DNA of 55,116 nt, taken from positions 1-55,116 of IMG/VR virus record IMGVR_UViG_3300012930_000005. One strand, written 5' to 3'. Origin of the DNA: a virus (Duplodnaviria > Caudoviricetes). The notes under the pieces were generated by a model. It did no database searches. It was not told where the DNA came from and was given only the letters and a program-made list of their open reading frames with translations. A program made the position numbers and the translations under genes. The first letter of the stretch is position 1. Each line of letters opens with the position of its first letter. Of this stretch, positions 35,705 through 44,827 are shown piece by piece.

Positions 35705-37050
35705 CACCACACACAGAGCTTGCGATTCTCGGAGCGATGTTGCTTGACGCCAACTCAGTTACAACCGCCACGCTGAGTTTGGAACCAGGCGACTTCTCTC
35801 TTGAGTCTCACCGCGTGATCTATCGCACGATGCGAGAGATGAACACGTTAGGTGAGCCCATAGACTACCTCACGCTGCAACATGCTTTGGTCAAGAGGGG
35901 CCAGTTGCAGTCCGTGGGGGGTCTGGGGTACCTGCTACACCTGACGGAGGGCATACCGCGAAACCTGAACATCGCGTCCTACGTCAAGATCGTAAAGAAC
36001 AGCAGTGCATTGCGACAGATTGCAACGATGGCCGAAGTAGCAACCATCCGAGCTACGTCGCCGGACGAAGAAGCGACCGAAGTGCTACGCGACATGCAAG
36101 AGCGTATTACGGAGATAAGCGCAGACAGCAGCCGTGAGGTAGCCAAGTCGTTCGCTGAGATTGCACCTATGGTTGTAGAGACGATGCGTGCGCGTTCAGT
36201 AGCAGCGTCAGACGAGATAACGATGGGATTCACAACGACTCTACCGGATCTAGACCTGATCACGATGGGACTACAGAGGAAAGAGATGTCGGTCTGGGGT
36301 GGGTACCAGTCAGATGGCAAGACTTCGATAGCTCTGCAGATCGTGGGAGCGAACGCGAAGATTGGGATAGGTTGTGCGATCTTCTCGCATGAGAGCACGG
36401 AGGAATCAGTGTTCAAGCGCGTTACATCGCAGATATCGGGAATACCATTCAAGTACTTCAAAGACCCGCGACTAGTCCGAAATGAACTTCTGTTCGATCA
36501 GATTGGTACAGACTGGAAAGCGATAGAACGCTGCAGCAAGATAGTGGCCGACTATCCCATCTGGGTCATCTCGGGACGCATGAGCATAGCCAAGATACGT
36601 GCCGTTACAAAGATGCTGAAGGATCTTCACAACATCGGAATCATCGTGATCGACTTCGTGCAGAAAGTCATCACAGCAGAGAAAGACATGCGTATGAGGA
36701 TCACTTCAGCTTCGGAAGAGATACGCACATTGACGATGGAGACAGACACGCACGCCATCGTTCTATCGCAGCTCAACATGCCGGATAAGAAGATCAAAAC
36801 ACCACCGACGTTATGGAGTATGCGTGAGTCGCAAGGACCGGCAGATGACGCTCACCTGGTGTGTGGACTCTATCGGCCGCTGAATGAAGAAGGTAAGTTC
36901 CTAGGACTCGACAAGATCCACATCCTCAAGAATCGTGAGGGTGAGATGAACACGGATATCGATGTGGTTTACGACACGAAGATGATGATGTACGTGCCGA
37001 AGAAGCTACCGGATTACAACCAAACCTACGCATACGGAGAGCAGGGATGA
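35659..37050 (+). CDS. dnaB: Replicative DNA helicase, DnaB family
   Basis: N-domain ELAILGAMLL; Walker A GYQSDGKT; FSHES, IVIDFVQ, LSQLN, KNREG. Confidence 0.93.
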   Translation: MDSANVVHGEVRDRIAPHTELAILGAMLLDANSVTTATLSLEPGDFSLESHRVIYRTMREMNTLGEPIDYLTLQHALVKRGQLQSVGGLGYLLHLTEGIPRNLNIASYVKIVKNSSALRQIATMAEVATIRATSPDEEATEVLRDMQERITEISADSSREVAKSFAEIAPMVVETMRARSVAASDEITMGFTTTLPDLDLITMGLQRKEMSVWGGYQSDGKTSIALQIVGANAKIGIGCAIFSHESTEESVFKRVTSQISGIPFKYFKDPRLVRNELLFDQIGTDWKAIERCSKIVADYPIWVISGRMSIAKIRAVTKMLKDLHNIGIIVIDFVQKVITAEKDMRMRITSASEEIRTLTMETDTHAIVLSQLNMPDKKIKTPPTLWSMRESQGPADDAHLVCGLYRPLNEEGKFLGLDKIHILKNREGEMNTDIDVVYDTKMMMYVPKKLPDYNQTYAYGEQG

Positions 37051-37268
37051 AGATGACGAAAGAGGAAGCAGAGAATCTCTGCAAGGACATCGGAGAGCAC
37101 CTCACCCAGATATCGAGGTACTTTCCTGAGCAATTCAAGTTCTCTCTGGTGGGTCGTGATCCTTCAGATCCAGATGGAGGGGTGATCGTAACCAGCGATG
37201 ACTACTTCGCACTGGCCGAGATGGTGCATAGAGTGGCACTCGGTAAAGACAAGACAAAGGTGAACTGA
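37047..37268 (+). CDS. Hypothetical protein
   Basis: ATGA coupling. Confidence 0.65.
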   Translation: MKMTKEEAENLCKDIGEHLTQISRYFPEQFKFSLVGRDPSDPDGGVIVTSDDYFALAEMVHRVALGKDKTKVN

Positions 37269-37543
37269 TGAACAATCATCCGACCGGAGAACTCACAGAC
37301 GAAGTACTCGCAGCATGGCCGAACTGTTCTGTGCCTGACTGCGAGTACAAGGTAACGCACGACTCAGACAAATGCTTTCCTCACACGCATGGATGGGAAG
37401 CGGTGAGAGAGAACTTACGCAAGCAAATCAAAGATGCGTATGAGGTCTTCGAGTTTTCTGGAGACATGGACGAAGTGAAAGAAGCATACGCAGAGATAGC
37501 GCAATGCAAATTAGAACTCGAACAGATCAAGAATAGGAAGTAG
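37268..37543 (+). CDS. Small Cys/His (zinc-finger-like) protein
   Basis: CSVPDC...CFPH. Confidence 0.6.
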   Translation: MNNHPTGELTDEVLAAWPNCSVPDCEYKVTHDSDKCFPHTHGWEAVRENLRKQIKDAYEVFEFSGDMDEVKEAYAEIAQCKLELEQIKNRK

Positions 37544-37545
37544 CG

Positions 37546-38418
37546 ATGACAGCGGACATGTTGAGCGACAAGTTATGCGAGTGCGGATGCGGTGAGTTTA
37601 CTTACATCGCTACGAGGTCAGATTCGAGACGCAGCCAGGTCAAAGGTCAACCGATGCGGTATCTACCAGCACATAGCTCTGCAACAGCGGCTATGCGAAA
37701 CTTTGGCGCAGCCACACGTCCTATCTTGGACGTTGCCGACCGCGAGATAACCGAAGCCGACATCCTCAACCTACGTGATGTGGATGAGCTTCAAGCCGCC
37801 GATATCTTCGATGCACGTGTACGACGCTTAGAAGCAAGGCATCGTGCAACCTTCGTTGAGATGGGTTTGATCCTGATGGAGATGGAAGACCGAGAGCTGT
37901 ACAGAGTCTTGGTAGATCCTGCAACCGGCCACTACTGGACATCGTATGACCGCTGGCTCTGCAACGCAGCTCCTATCTCACGTAGCGGTGGCTACGCCGC
38001 AGTCAAGGCGATGCGTAACACGGTCATTCCAATCTCAGACCTGAGAGAGATGCCACGCTTCGCAGTAGAGACGATAAGCCAGCTCTCACCGGCTGTTCAA
38101 CGCAACCCTGTGGTGATCATCTCGGCTAAGAACGATACAGAGGAAGTGTTCAGAGAGAAGCTCGAAAAGAACTTCCCAGACCAGCACATCGAAACGAAGA
38201 AGAGCGTACGCCTGAAGACCGACAAAAGCTCACGTGTGGTGTTCGACAAGGCTGTAGAGGCCATGATGGTTCTCTATGAGGCGGCGACAAGGGAAGAGGC
38301 TATCGGCTTCCTCTGCACGCGGTTCCTGAGCGAGACGTGCGAGGTTGAGGAGTACGCGATGCTGACGAACGAGCTGGCGTTAGAGGAAGTGAAGCTCAGC
38401 AGGAAGAGGGCATCATGA
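37546..38418 (+). CDS. Hypothetical protein with N-terminal CECGCG zinc-knuckle motif
   Basis: LCECGCG...RYLPAH motif as seen in phage endonuclease-associated proteins. Confidence 0.65.
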   Translation: MTADMLSDKLCECGCGEFTYIATRSDSRRSQVKGQPMRYLPAHSSATAAMRNFGAATRPILDVADREITEADILNLRDVDELQAADIFDARVRRLEARHRATFVEMGLILMEMEDRELYRVLVDPATGHYWTSYDRWLCNAAPISRSGGYAAVKAMRNTVIPISDLREMPRFAVETISQLSPAVQRNPVVIISAKNDTEEVFREKLEKNFPDQHIETKKSVRLKTDKSSRVVFDKAVEAMMVLYEAATREEAIGFLCTRFLSETCEVEEYAMLTNELALEEVKLSRKRAS

Positions 38419-38666
38419 GCCCATTCCACCTGAAGGTAATCTCAGACTACGCGAAAGGGATACCGCGATCACAGATAGCGAAATGGGCTCATTGTTCTCA
38501 ACAGAGGATCTACGTGGTAACGGGTAGAACCGAATACTATACCAATGGATATAGCGCACCAGCAAGATGTTGTAGATATGCTCAGGAACGCAGAGAACGT
38601 TTCAAGCAGATGCAGGAGTACATCAGAGAGTATGAAGCGATCACCAATCCGCAAGTCACGCAGTAA
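38415..38666 (+). CDS. Small HTH-like protein
   Basis: GIPRSQIAKWAHCSQQRIY. Confidence 0.55.
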   Translation: MSPFHLKVISDYAKGIPRSQIAKWAHCSQQRIYVVTGRTEYYTNGYSAPARCCRYAQERRERFKQMQEYIREYEAITNPQVTQ

Positions 38667-38916
38667 GCCAAGGCCCGGACGCCTGAAGGACGAAGACATG
38701 ACAGCGCTTCGCCTGACAGCATTTATCCGAGACGAAGGTCAATGTGTAGCTTGCGGGAAGATGCTGGACTGGAACACGTTCCACTTAGCTCACATCAGGA
38801 ACAAACGAATGTGGGGAGATAAGCTTGAGAATGTCTGTTGTAAATGCTTCGATTGCCACATCGTAAAAGAACACAATCCAAAATCCGTGCCAGCGAAAGT
38901 GAGACCGCCACAATGA
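38632..38916 (+). CDS. HNH-type endonuclease (NinG-like)
   Basis: RDEGQCVACG...HLAHI...ENVCCKCFDCH. Confidence 0.75.
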   Translation: MKRSPIRKSRSKPRPGRLKDEDMTALRLTAFIRDEGQCVACGKMLDWNTFHLAHIRNKRMWGDKLENVCCKCFDCHIVKEHNPKSVPAKVRPPQ

Positions 38917-39161
38917 GTAAACCGATGTTAGTGACACACAGACCAGCAGGGGATGTATGGAATCATGGAGTGATGATGTGCCAAGACTGTGGATTCCTCT
39001 TCCTCGCCGAGGACGGGATAGTTAGGCACCCTAGCGGAGACGAAGGATATCACTCCGAAACAAAGAAAGAGATGCTAAAAAGCTGCAGCAACGCCGGAAA
39101 ATCCTTCACCTTTCCCCCCGAGGATCCTGTCGTAGGAATCGAGGTCACCGAATGCAAATAA
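38913..39161 (+). CDS. Small Cys-containing protein
   Basis: ATGA coupling; CQDC...H...C. Confidence 0.6.
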   Translation: MSKPMLVTHRPAGDVWNHGVMMCQDCGFLFLAEDGIVRHPSGDEGYHSETKKEMLKSCSNAGKSFTFPPEDPVVGIEVTECK

Positions 39162-39712
39162 CATTCAAGGTACAGGAGAAGCCACAGCCGCAGGGTTCGA
39201 TGCAAGCGTTCATCTTGCCTAGCAGAGAGTCCGCGTACTCTGCAGCGTGGGCAGTCATCAAAGCCAGGACATCGGATGCCGATAAGATCTACGACATCAT
39301 CGCAGCCTACGGCAAACGCTTACGTACCATCGTGACCTCTGACAATAAGAAGCTCAAGCCGTGGCGTGCAGCCGTTCGAGGCGCAGCGATGAGAGCGATG
39401 CAGGAATGCGGCCAGCACATGATCGAGGCACAAGCACCGGCCAGGTTGACGTTAGACTTCTACTTCCTCAAGCCGCCATCAGTGAAGAAGCGCAGGTTCA
39501 TGACTGTAAAACCAGATCTGGACAAGCTCATTCGTTCCACTATGGATGCTCTCTCGGAGGTGATCTATGCGGACGACTCGCAGGTGGTCATCCTCAATGT
39601 AACAAAGAACTACGGCCCCATTGAAGGAGTTGCCATAAGCGCCGCGAGTGTGGAAACAGAAGAAAATGGCACCCTTTTCTCGTTAGAAGAGCTGGAAGCA
39701 GAGGTATTCTAG
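39152..39712 (+). CDS. rusA: RusA-family Holliday junction resolvase
   Basis: PQPQGS, LKPWR, KPDLDKLIRSTMDAL...DDSQV motifs. Confidence 0.9.
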   Translation: MQITFKVQEKPQPQGSMQAFILPSRESAYSAAWAVIKARTSDADKIYDIIAAYGKRLRTIVTSDNKKLKPWRAAVRGAAMRAMQECGQHMIEAQAPARLTLDFYFLKPPSVKKRRFMTVKPDLDKLIRSTMDALSEVIYADDSQVVILNVTKNYGPIEGVAISAASVETEENGTLFSLEELEAEVF

Positions 39713-39728
39713 CCGCAGGAGAACAATC

Positions 39729-40073
39729 ATGCATGTTCTGATGCTATTTCTATTCGCATTCACAATTCCACCGGCAGCAAAGGTTATTGCAGTAGCGGTG
39801 GTCGTGTACGGGGTACTTCAGGGTTTGAAGAAGGCTCCCGTATTCAGCACTTTTCTCTCTGGTACCTGGGCTCTAGTATTCAACATTGCCTTCTCAGTCT
39901 TAGGCGTGTTGGTAGTAGCGGCACCCGGTACTTTGTATAGCGTGGACACCTTGAACGACATCTTTATGGTTATTGGAACCGCTCTAGCCGCAGCCGGGAT
40001 ACACGGCACTACAAAGACTCTGGCACCAGCGACACCTGCACCCGTAGTACCAGCAACGCCACCTACGCCGTAA
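39729..40073 (+). CDS. Membrane protein (3-4 TM), holin-like
   Basis: Hydrophobic helices; AAAGIH near the C-terminus; RBS aggag. Confidence 0.65.
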   Translation: MHVLMLFLFAFTIPPAAKVIAVAVVVYGVLQGLKKAPVFSTFLSGTWALVFNIAFSVLGVLVVAAPGTLYSVDTLNDIFMVIGTALAAAGIHGTTKTLAPATPAPVVPATPPTP

Positions 40074-40083
40074 AAGGAGCAGT

Positions 40084-40449
40084 ATGAAGAAAGTTACAGC
40101 AGCATTCGCCAGCCTTATGCTGTGCGTCCTGTTCATCACAGGATGCTCAGGATTCGAGCGGACGACACTCCAGACGCTCTCTGCGTCTAAGGTAACTATC
40201 GATGGAGCCCATGCAGACTATGAGTCTGGAAAGCTTCCTCACACACAGGCCGTCAACGACGTGATCACCAAAGCTATTGCGATTCAGAAGACCGCAGTAG
40301 ATGCGATGGTGGTCTATGAGCAGATGAAGATAACAGGACAGACTTCAGCTCTGCCGGAGCAAGAAACGGTCGTTCTGGTAGCTCTCGTCAACCTTCCAAC
40401 CATCCTCACCGACGTAAAAGGGCTTTACTCAACCGGAGGTGCTAAGTGA
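40084..40449 (+). CDS. Lipoprotein
   Basis: Signal MKKVTAAFASLMLCVLF followed by lipobox ITG|C. Confidence 0.78.
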   Translation: MKKVTAAFASLMLCVLFITGCSGFERTTLQTLSASKVTIDGAHADYESGKLPHTQAVNDVITKAIAIQKTAVDAMVVYEQMKITGQTSALPEQETVVLVALVNLPTILTDVKGLYSTGGAK

Positions 40450-40706
40450 GCACAGCATCAGACGTATCAACAGCCGTAGCAGAAGTACAAGCCGTAGCCG
40501 ACGCCATCCTGAAGCTGATTGAGGTAGATGTACCTCCGGTAGCAGGAGAAGCAGCCGTAAGCCAGAGCATACTGGATGAGATCGCCACTCTTCTCCTGAA
40601 GGCTCTAGCGGCATATCAAGCTGCCGCAGGTACTCCGATTACCGTAGAAGCTTTCCAGGCTCTCTACGCCGACAGTACACCCCTAACCCCGCCGGACGCG
40701 TCTTAG
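40446..40706 (+). CDS. Amphipathic helical hypothetical protein
   Basis: GTG start, RBS ggaggt. Confidence 0.65.
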   Translation: MSTASDVSTAVAEVQAVADAILKLIEVDVPPVAGEAAVSQSILDEIATLLLKALAAYQAAAGTPITVEAFQALYADSTPLTPPDAS

Positions 40707-40711
40707 TCTGT

Positions 40712-41221
40712 ATGTGGCCCTTCCACCGTCACCGCCGCCTAAAGAATATCGAGCGTTTAGTAGAGCGCTCGGTAGCTCTCCAGTGCGAGTCTTTGTTCGT
40801 CCTGAAACGTATCGAGGATAAGCTAGGCCCGAAGCCGGAGGTAAGAAGCTTCAAAATCACACAACGCACCGAAGGAGAAACGAACATGGCAGATCAGCAG
40901 CCCGTCAAGGGAATCGTACCCGGGACATCAGCAACGTTTGACGCTACGCCCCAGGACGCCGCAGGAAACACCATCACGGAGCCAGTTGGTACTGTACCGA
41001 CCTGGATATCCTCTGACCCCGTAAACGCCCCTGTAGTGGCTTCTACAGACGGATTGAGCGCAAGCATCACAGCAAGCCCCACAGCACCTCTGAATACAAG
41101 CTTCACCCTGTCTGTAAGCCTCACTAACTCAGACGGAACCGTAGCAAATGGATCTACTCCTGTCCCATTCATCGCAGCATCTGTAACAGTTGCCTCGTTC
41201 ATAATTACGCAGCGTGCATAA
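40712..41221 (+). CDS. Ig-like domain protein with a second in-frame start at 40886
   Basis: TFDATPQDAAGN...PTWISSDP Big_2-like motif; RBS aaggag before ATG 40886. Confidence 0.68.
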   Translation: MWPFHRHRRLKNIERLVERSVALQCESLFVLKRIEDKLGPKPEVRSFKITQRTEGETNMADQQPVKGIVPGTSATFDATPQDAAGNTITEPVGTVPTWISSDPVNAPVVASTDGLSASITASPTAPLNTSFTLSVSLTNSDGTVANGSTPVPFIAASVTVASFIITQRA

Positions 41222-41660
41222 CCTATATCAATTACCGGAAAGAATCTCGTCCAAGATCTCAGTAGCCAGCAATGGCTGCTGGGAATGGACGGGATGCAGA
41301 TGTTCGGGAGGGTACGGCCAAGTACGATTCATGGGTAAAGTTTGCAGAGCACACAGGGTCGTTTATGTACTTCTCAAGGGAGAGATACCCTATGGTCTTG
41401 TCTTAGATCATCGGTGCAGAAATAGAAAATGTACGAATCCTGATCATGTTGAACCTGTGACAGAAAAGGTAAACATCCTAAGAGGAGTAGGAGCTTGTGC
41501 CGTTCACGCGAGGAAGGAAACCTGCATTCGAGGCCACTACCTAGAGAAACGGTGGAAAGTGGAAGGGCAAAGAGTTTGTCGGATATGTTGCCGAGAGAGC
41601 GTTAGGTTAGCAATGAAAAGATACCGTGAGCGTAAAAAGAGGCAACAGCTTATTTCTTGA
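41214..41660 (+). CDS. HNH homing endonuclease
   Basis: GCWEWTG...GYG...AHRVVY...LDHRCRNRKCTNPDHVEPVT..N; more AT-rich than flanks. Confidence 0.92.
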   Translation: MHNLYQLPERISSKISVASNGCWEWTGCRCSGGYGQVRFMGKVCRAHRVVYVLLKGEIPYGLVLDHRCRNRKCTNPDHVEPVTEKVNILRGVGACAVHARKETCIRGHYLEKRWKVEGQRVCRICCRESVRLAMKRYRERKKRQQLIS

Positions 41661-41665
41661 CATAA

Positions 41666-41697
41666 GAAAGGCCCCCTAAACATCTGGGAGCCTTTCG
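41666..41697. terminator. Hairpin between convergent transcription units
   Basis: gaaaggccccc/gggagcctttc. Confidence 0.55.
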
Positions 41698-41718
41698 CGT
41701 GAGAGAAGAGGAGTGGGT

Positions 41719-41940
41719 CTAGACTAACCCAAGTCGTACCCGATGTTCAATATGACTCCATTCGGTAGCTGAAATAAATAGCGGAGCACAACGCGCTCTC
41801 TCAGGATGTAAGCGAAGATCGTGGGCGGTTTTAGCATCAGGATGGTCTACAACAGGCGCGTTGCAGCGTGGACAGTAGAAGACTTCTCTACCGTTGGTTT
41901 GAGCGATGATAAGAGGCATACTGTCAGACATTCGAGCCAT
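41719..41940 (-). CDS. Small zinc-finger protein
   Basis: FYCPRC...H....H; RBS ggagg. Confidence 0.65.
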   Translation of the reverse strand: MARMSDSMPLIIAQTNGREVFYCPRCNAPVVDHPDAKTAHDLRLHPERARCAPLFISATEWSHIEHRVRLGLV

Positions 41941-41967
41941 TAGAAATACCCTCCAAAGCAGATTGAG

Positions 41968-42696
41968 TTACAAAGCTGGTGACAATTGAACGTTTTCAAC
42001 AACTTGCACATCGTGTTTTTGTAATTGACTTGGAATCTGTTGCCCTGCGGCGAATCGGATAAGAATCTTACCGACAGTCGCAGCCTTCCATTCACCCCCA
42101 TTTCTCGCATATTGACCAACGTAATTGAGGTTCTTTGCGATATCGAGATAGGTCAAACCTTCGTCTCTCATGCGCCGCATCCAGTCCAAGGTTGGACGCT
42201 CATCCTCGTTCGCGCCGTATGGCTTCCTTCCTTCGCAGCGACCGTGGGATATCTTGTGGCGCTGCCGAGCCCCACGAAGCCGTAGAACGATTACGCTCTT
42301 CTCGTATTCAGCGATGCATCCGAAGATCTGGCGTACCAGAACGCGGGAAGGATCAGAGGAGCAAAGATCAGGTTCAGCGGTAGAGAGAAGCTCATAGCCG
42401 CGCTTCTGCATATCGGCTATCAGAGTCTCCTGAACCATCAGGTCACGTGCGAGTCGGTCCAGCTTCTCGATCAGGACGACCTTTACATCGTTGTCCTCTA
42501 GATCCACGAAGAGGCTTTGTAGAGCCGGACGGTCGTCCAGCTCCTTTGTGCCGGAGACGCCCTCTTCGCGGTAAGTCTTGACTATCTCGATACCGCGTTG
42601 AGCAGCGTACGCTTCACACGCCAAGTACTGACGTCGGAAGCCGTCACCCTCAACCTGTCCGGCACCTGAGACGCGGAGGTATACGTAAGCCTTCAT
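41968..42696 (-). CDS. Serine recombinase (resolvase-type catalytic domain plus short DNA-binding domain)
   Basis: YLRVS (catalytic Ser), EEGVSG, RPAL, KLDRLAR, GRKPYG. Confidence 0.92.
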   Translation of the reverse strand: MKAYVYLRVSGAGQVEGDGFRRQYLACEAYAAQRGIEIVKTYREEGVSGTKELDDRPALQSLFVDLEDNDVKVVLIEKLDRLARDLMVQETLIADMQKRGYELLSTAEPDLCSSDPSRVLVRQIFGCIAEYEKSVIVLRLRGARQRHKISHGRCEGRKPYGANEDERPTLDWMRRMRDEGLTYLDIAKNLNYVGQYARNGGEWKAATVGKILIRFAAGQQIPSQLQKHDVQVVENVQLSPAL

Positions 42697-43292
42697 TCTT
42701 CACCTCGTGCTTTCTTGAGTGCTGCTGAGGCTCGTGCGCGTATTTCTTCAGGATTCCACAGAGATTGACCTTGGCCGACTTCTTCGAGGAAACTCAGGCA
42801 CTCAGTCAAGGATTCGTACATCTCAGGAGCCGCTGCAGCCATAAGGCGATCTTTGGGTTCAGGCTGTAGCTTGAACACGACATTGCGTGCGTGCAGTACT
42901 CCCTTCGACAAAGCATCGCAAGCGCTGTTCTGGGCTCTTGGTATCCACGACATCTTCACTCGCGGCTTGTTGATCATGTAGAGGTACAGCGCCTCTTGAT
43001 AGTGCGGGAAGTATAGTCCACCTTTGGCTTTCCACTTACGCTGAACCTGCATGATGACAAGCTTTGAGTCGCCGTAGATGTGGATGTTGCCGACGTACTT
43101 TACGGCCTCTGTAAGAGCAGCGATGAATCCTCGATACTCCGCAACGTTGTTGGACATCTTATCGCCTACGCCGACGTAACCACCTTCTGCGTAGACTTCC
43201 ACTCCGTCAACCTTGACGAGAGCACCCCATGATGCGTGACCACCTGGGTTACGTGGTTCACACGCTCCATCGAACCAAGCTTCAATACTCAT
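42693..43292 (-). CDS. rnhA: Ribonuclease HI-family protein
   Basis: WFDGAC..NPG, SNNVAEY, GDSKLV, WIPRAQN..CD. Confidence 0.9.
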   Translation of the reverse strand: MSIEAWFDGACEPRNPGGHASWGALVKVDGVEVYAEGGYVGVGDKMSNNVAEYRGFIAALTEAVKYVGNIHIYGDSKLVIMQVQRKWKAKGGLYFPHYQEALYLYMINKPRVKMSWIPRAQNSACDALSKGVLHARNVVFKLQPEPKDRLMAAAAPEMYESLTECLSFLEEVGQGQSLWNPEEIRARASAALKKARGEE

Positions 43293-43504
43293 TCAGCACC
43301 CGCTCTCTTGTTGTTGGCAGAACGTAGCTCGACAAGCTCCATCTCTGCCTTGAAAAGAGCGTCATAGACATCGCCGGAAGCGACGATATGTTTGGGCGGT
43401 AAGAAGTCGTTGACGGTTACAGTAACGCCCTTGAGAATGGACGACTGCAGGAAAACAGGATCAGTAAGTATCGGCAGTTGCGGCATAACAGCCCTCTCTA
43501 GCAC
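43289..43504 (-). CDS. Hypothetical protein
   Basis: ATGA coupling to the RNase H gene. Confidence 0.55.
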   Translation of the reverse strand: MLERAVMPQLPILTDPVFLQSSILKGVTVTVNDFLPPKHIVASGDVYDALFKAEMELVELRSANNKRAGAE

Positions 43505-43521
43505 CTTTTGGTGCTCAATCG

Positions 43522-43662
43522 TTAGCGGTGGAAGAACTCCAGAATAGACAGGACTCTGAACAGTCCATAGCCACAGATAACAGGAACCACAAGCAGGATG
43601 AAGATAGCTATCGTGGCATTGACTAGACCGTCAATAGCAGTAGGGTGATGGTGTTGAATCAT
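43522..43662 (-). CDS. Small single-TM protein (46 aa)
   Basis: MIQHHHPTAIDGLVNATIAIFILLVVPVICGYG...; RBS ggag. Confidence 0.55.
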   Translation of the reverse strand: MIQHHHPTAIDGLVNATIAIFILLVVPVICGYGLFRVLSILEFFHR

Positions 43663-43832
43663 GTTCGACTCTCCGTTTCAGTTGACGCTGTTGGAAGCGG
43701 GACAAGTCGGCACTTCGTCGGCTACGCTGGCGCTTCATATCGGGATGTGGGACTATCCTGCAGCAGAGAATCTCAGACAAGATAGAGCGGATGTTTAGAG
43801 AGCTGGCGCGCTTCACTACAACGATCATGGGA

Positions 43833-44051
43833 CTACCTCGGAATGAGGATCTTAGTAGCTGTGAGAGGCTTTGAAGACTTCGCAGGAACCCGCGAGATGA
43901 CGATGCGTTGAGCCACAAGCGGTCGTGATGGTTGAGCGATGCTGACAGGCTTGATATGTACCGGTTCTGCACAGCAAAGCAGTGAGTAGATGAGGAAAAA
44001 GAGGAAAACTCCCCCCGCACGTTTCAGTTCGGTCTTTGTGTGTTGCGTCAT
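43833..44051 (-). CDS. Small signal-anchored protein
   Basis: RBS aaagg; hydrophobic segment VFLFFLIYSLLCC. Confidence 0.5.
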   Translation of the reverse strand: MTQHTKTELKRAGGVFLFFLIYSLLCCAEPVHIKPVSIAQPSRPLVAQRIVISRVPAKSSKPLTATKILIPR

Positions 44052-44053
44052 GG

Positions 44054-44203
44054 CTAAACCTTTCCGTTACGGCTAGAGAAACGCCACTTGCCGTCTTTGT
44101 TGATAAAGATGTTGACGAGAATGATGAAAACGATGCAGATGACCGCTGCAGAGAACAGCAGCACAACCACGGTGGACAGGATGAGTAAAGCTAGATGGAT
44201 CAC
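44054..44203 (-). CDS. Small membrane protein (49 aa)
   Basis: MIHLALLILSTVVVLLFSAAVICIVFIILVNIF...; RBS ggaagg. Confidence 0.55.
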   Translation of the reverse strand: MIHLALLILSTVVVLLFSAAVICIVFIILVNIFINKDGKWRFSSRNGKV

Positions 44204-44208
44204 GGTAA

Positions 44209-44406
44209 TTACCTTCCTTCGAGCATTCTGTTGTATAGATCGTTGTAGGCGAGGATGAGCTTAGTACTGTCATCGACCGCGCTTTGCATCTCTGCGTCAC
44301 GTTCGATGAAAGCAGGAGTATGGCAGCGGATAAGCTCCTTCTCGCTGGCGATAGCCGTAGTCAGAGCGATCATGAGATTCGTTCGTTCAGTGACAGACAA
44401 TCTCAC
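44209..44406 (-). CDS. Hypothetical protein
   Basis: GTGA coupling. Confidence 0.55.
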   Translation of the reverse strand: MRLSVTERTNLMIALTTAIASEKELIRCHTPAFIERDAEMQSAVDDSTKLILAYNDLYNRMLEGR

Positions 44407-44540
44407 AGGATTACCGCTCCATTCGTGTTGTACAGCTCTTCAGCGTAGTCAATCCAGATGAGTGGCGAGGAGCCGCCATGCTGGAAGTACAAAGCTCGCG
44501 CCATGCGAACGATGACATCGGTTTTGTCGAAGTGTTTCAT
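44403..44540 (-). CDS. Hypothetical protein (45 aa)
   Basis: MKHFDKTDVIVRMARALY...; RBS aaagg. Confidence 0.55.
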   Translation of the reverse strand: MKHFDKTDVIVRMARALYFQHGGSSPLIWIDYAEELYNTNGAVIL

Positions 44541-44653
44541 GGTGTAACACCTTTCCTTTCCTGTAAGACCTTCGTTTCATATGTGACCCTGCAAGACAAA
44601 ATGTGTGCCTTATCAGAGTCCGCTAGGGTCTTTCGACAATATGGGCACTTCAC
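44537..44653 (-). CDS. C2HC zinc-finger mini-protein (38 aa)
   Basis: MKCPYCRKTLADSDKAHILSC...; coupled at both ends. Confidence 0.55.
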   Translation of the reverse strand: MKCPYCRKTLADSDKAHILSCRVTYETKVLQERKGVTP

Positions 44654-44826
44654 TCTATACCCGCACGTTTCTTAGCATCCGCGAGAGACTTTCCGTATAC
44701 CGTGACGGTCTCGCGGTGAACGGTAGCGAGTCCCAACTCAACCATGAACGTTGGAGGCACGATCATAACCTCGACTTTGAACGGACGGAAACCCTCTTTA
44801 GCCATTACTTCGTGTGCTGTTTGCAT
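44650..44826 (-). CDS. Hypothetical protein
   Basis: MQTAHEV... Confidence 0.55.
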   Translation of the reverse strand: MQTAHEVMAKEGFRPFKVEVMIVPPTFMVELGLATVHRETVTVYGKSLADAKKRAGIE

Positions 44827-44827
44827 A

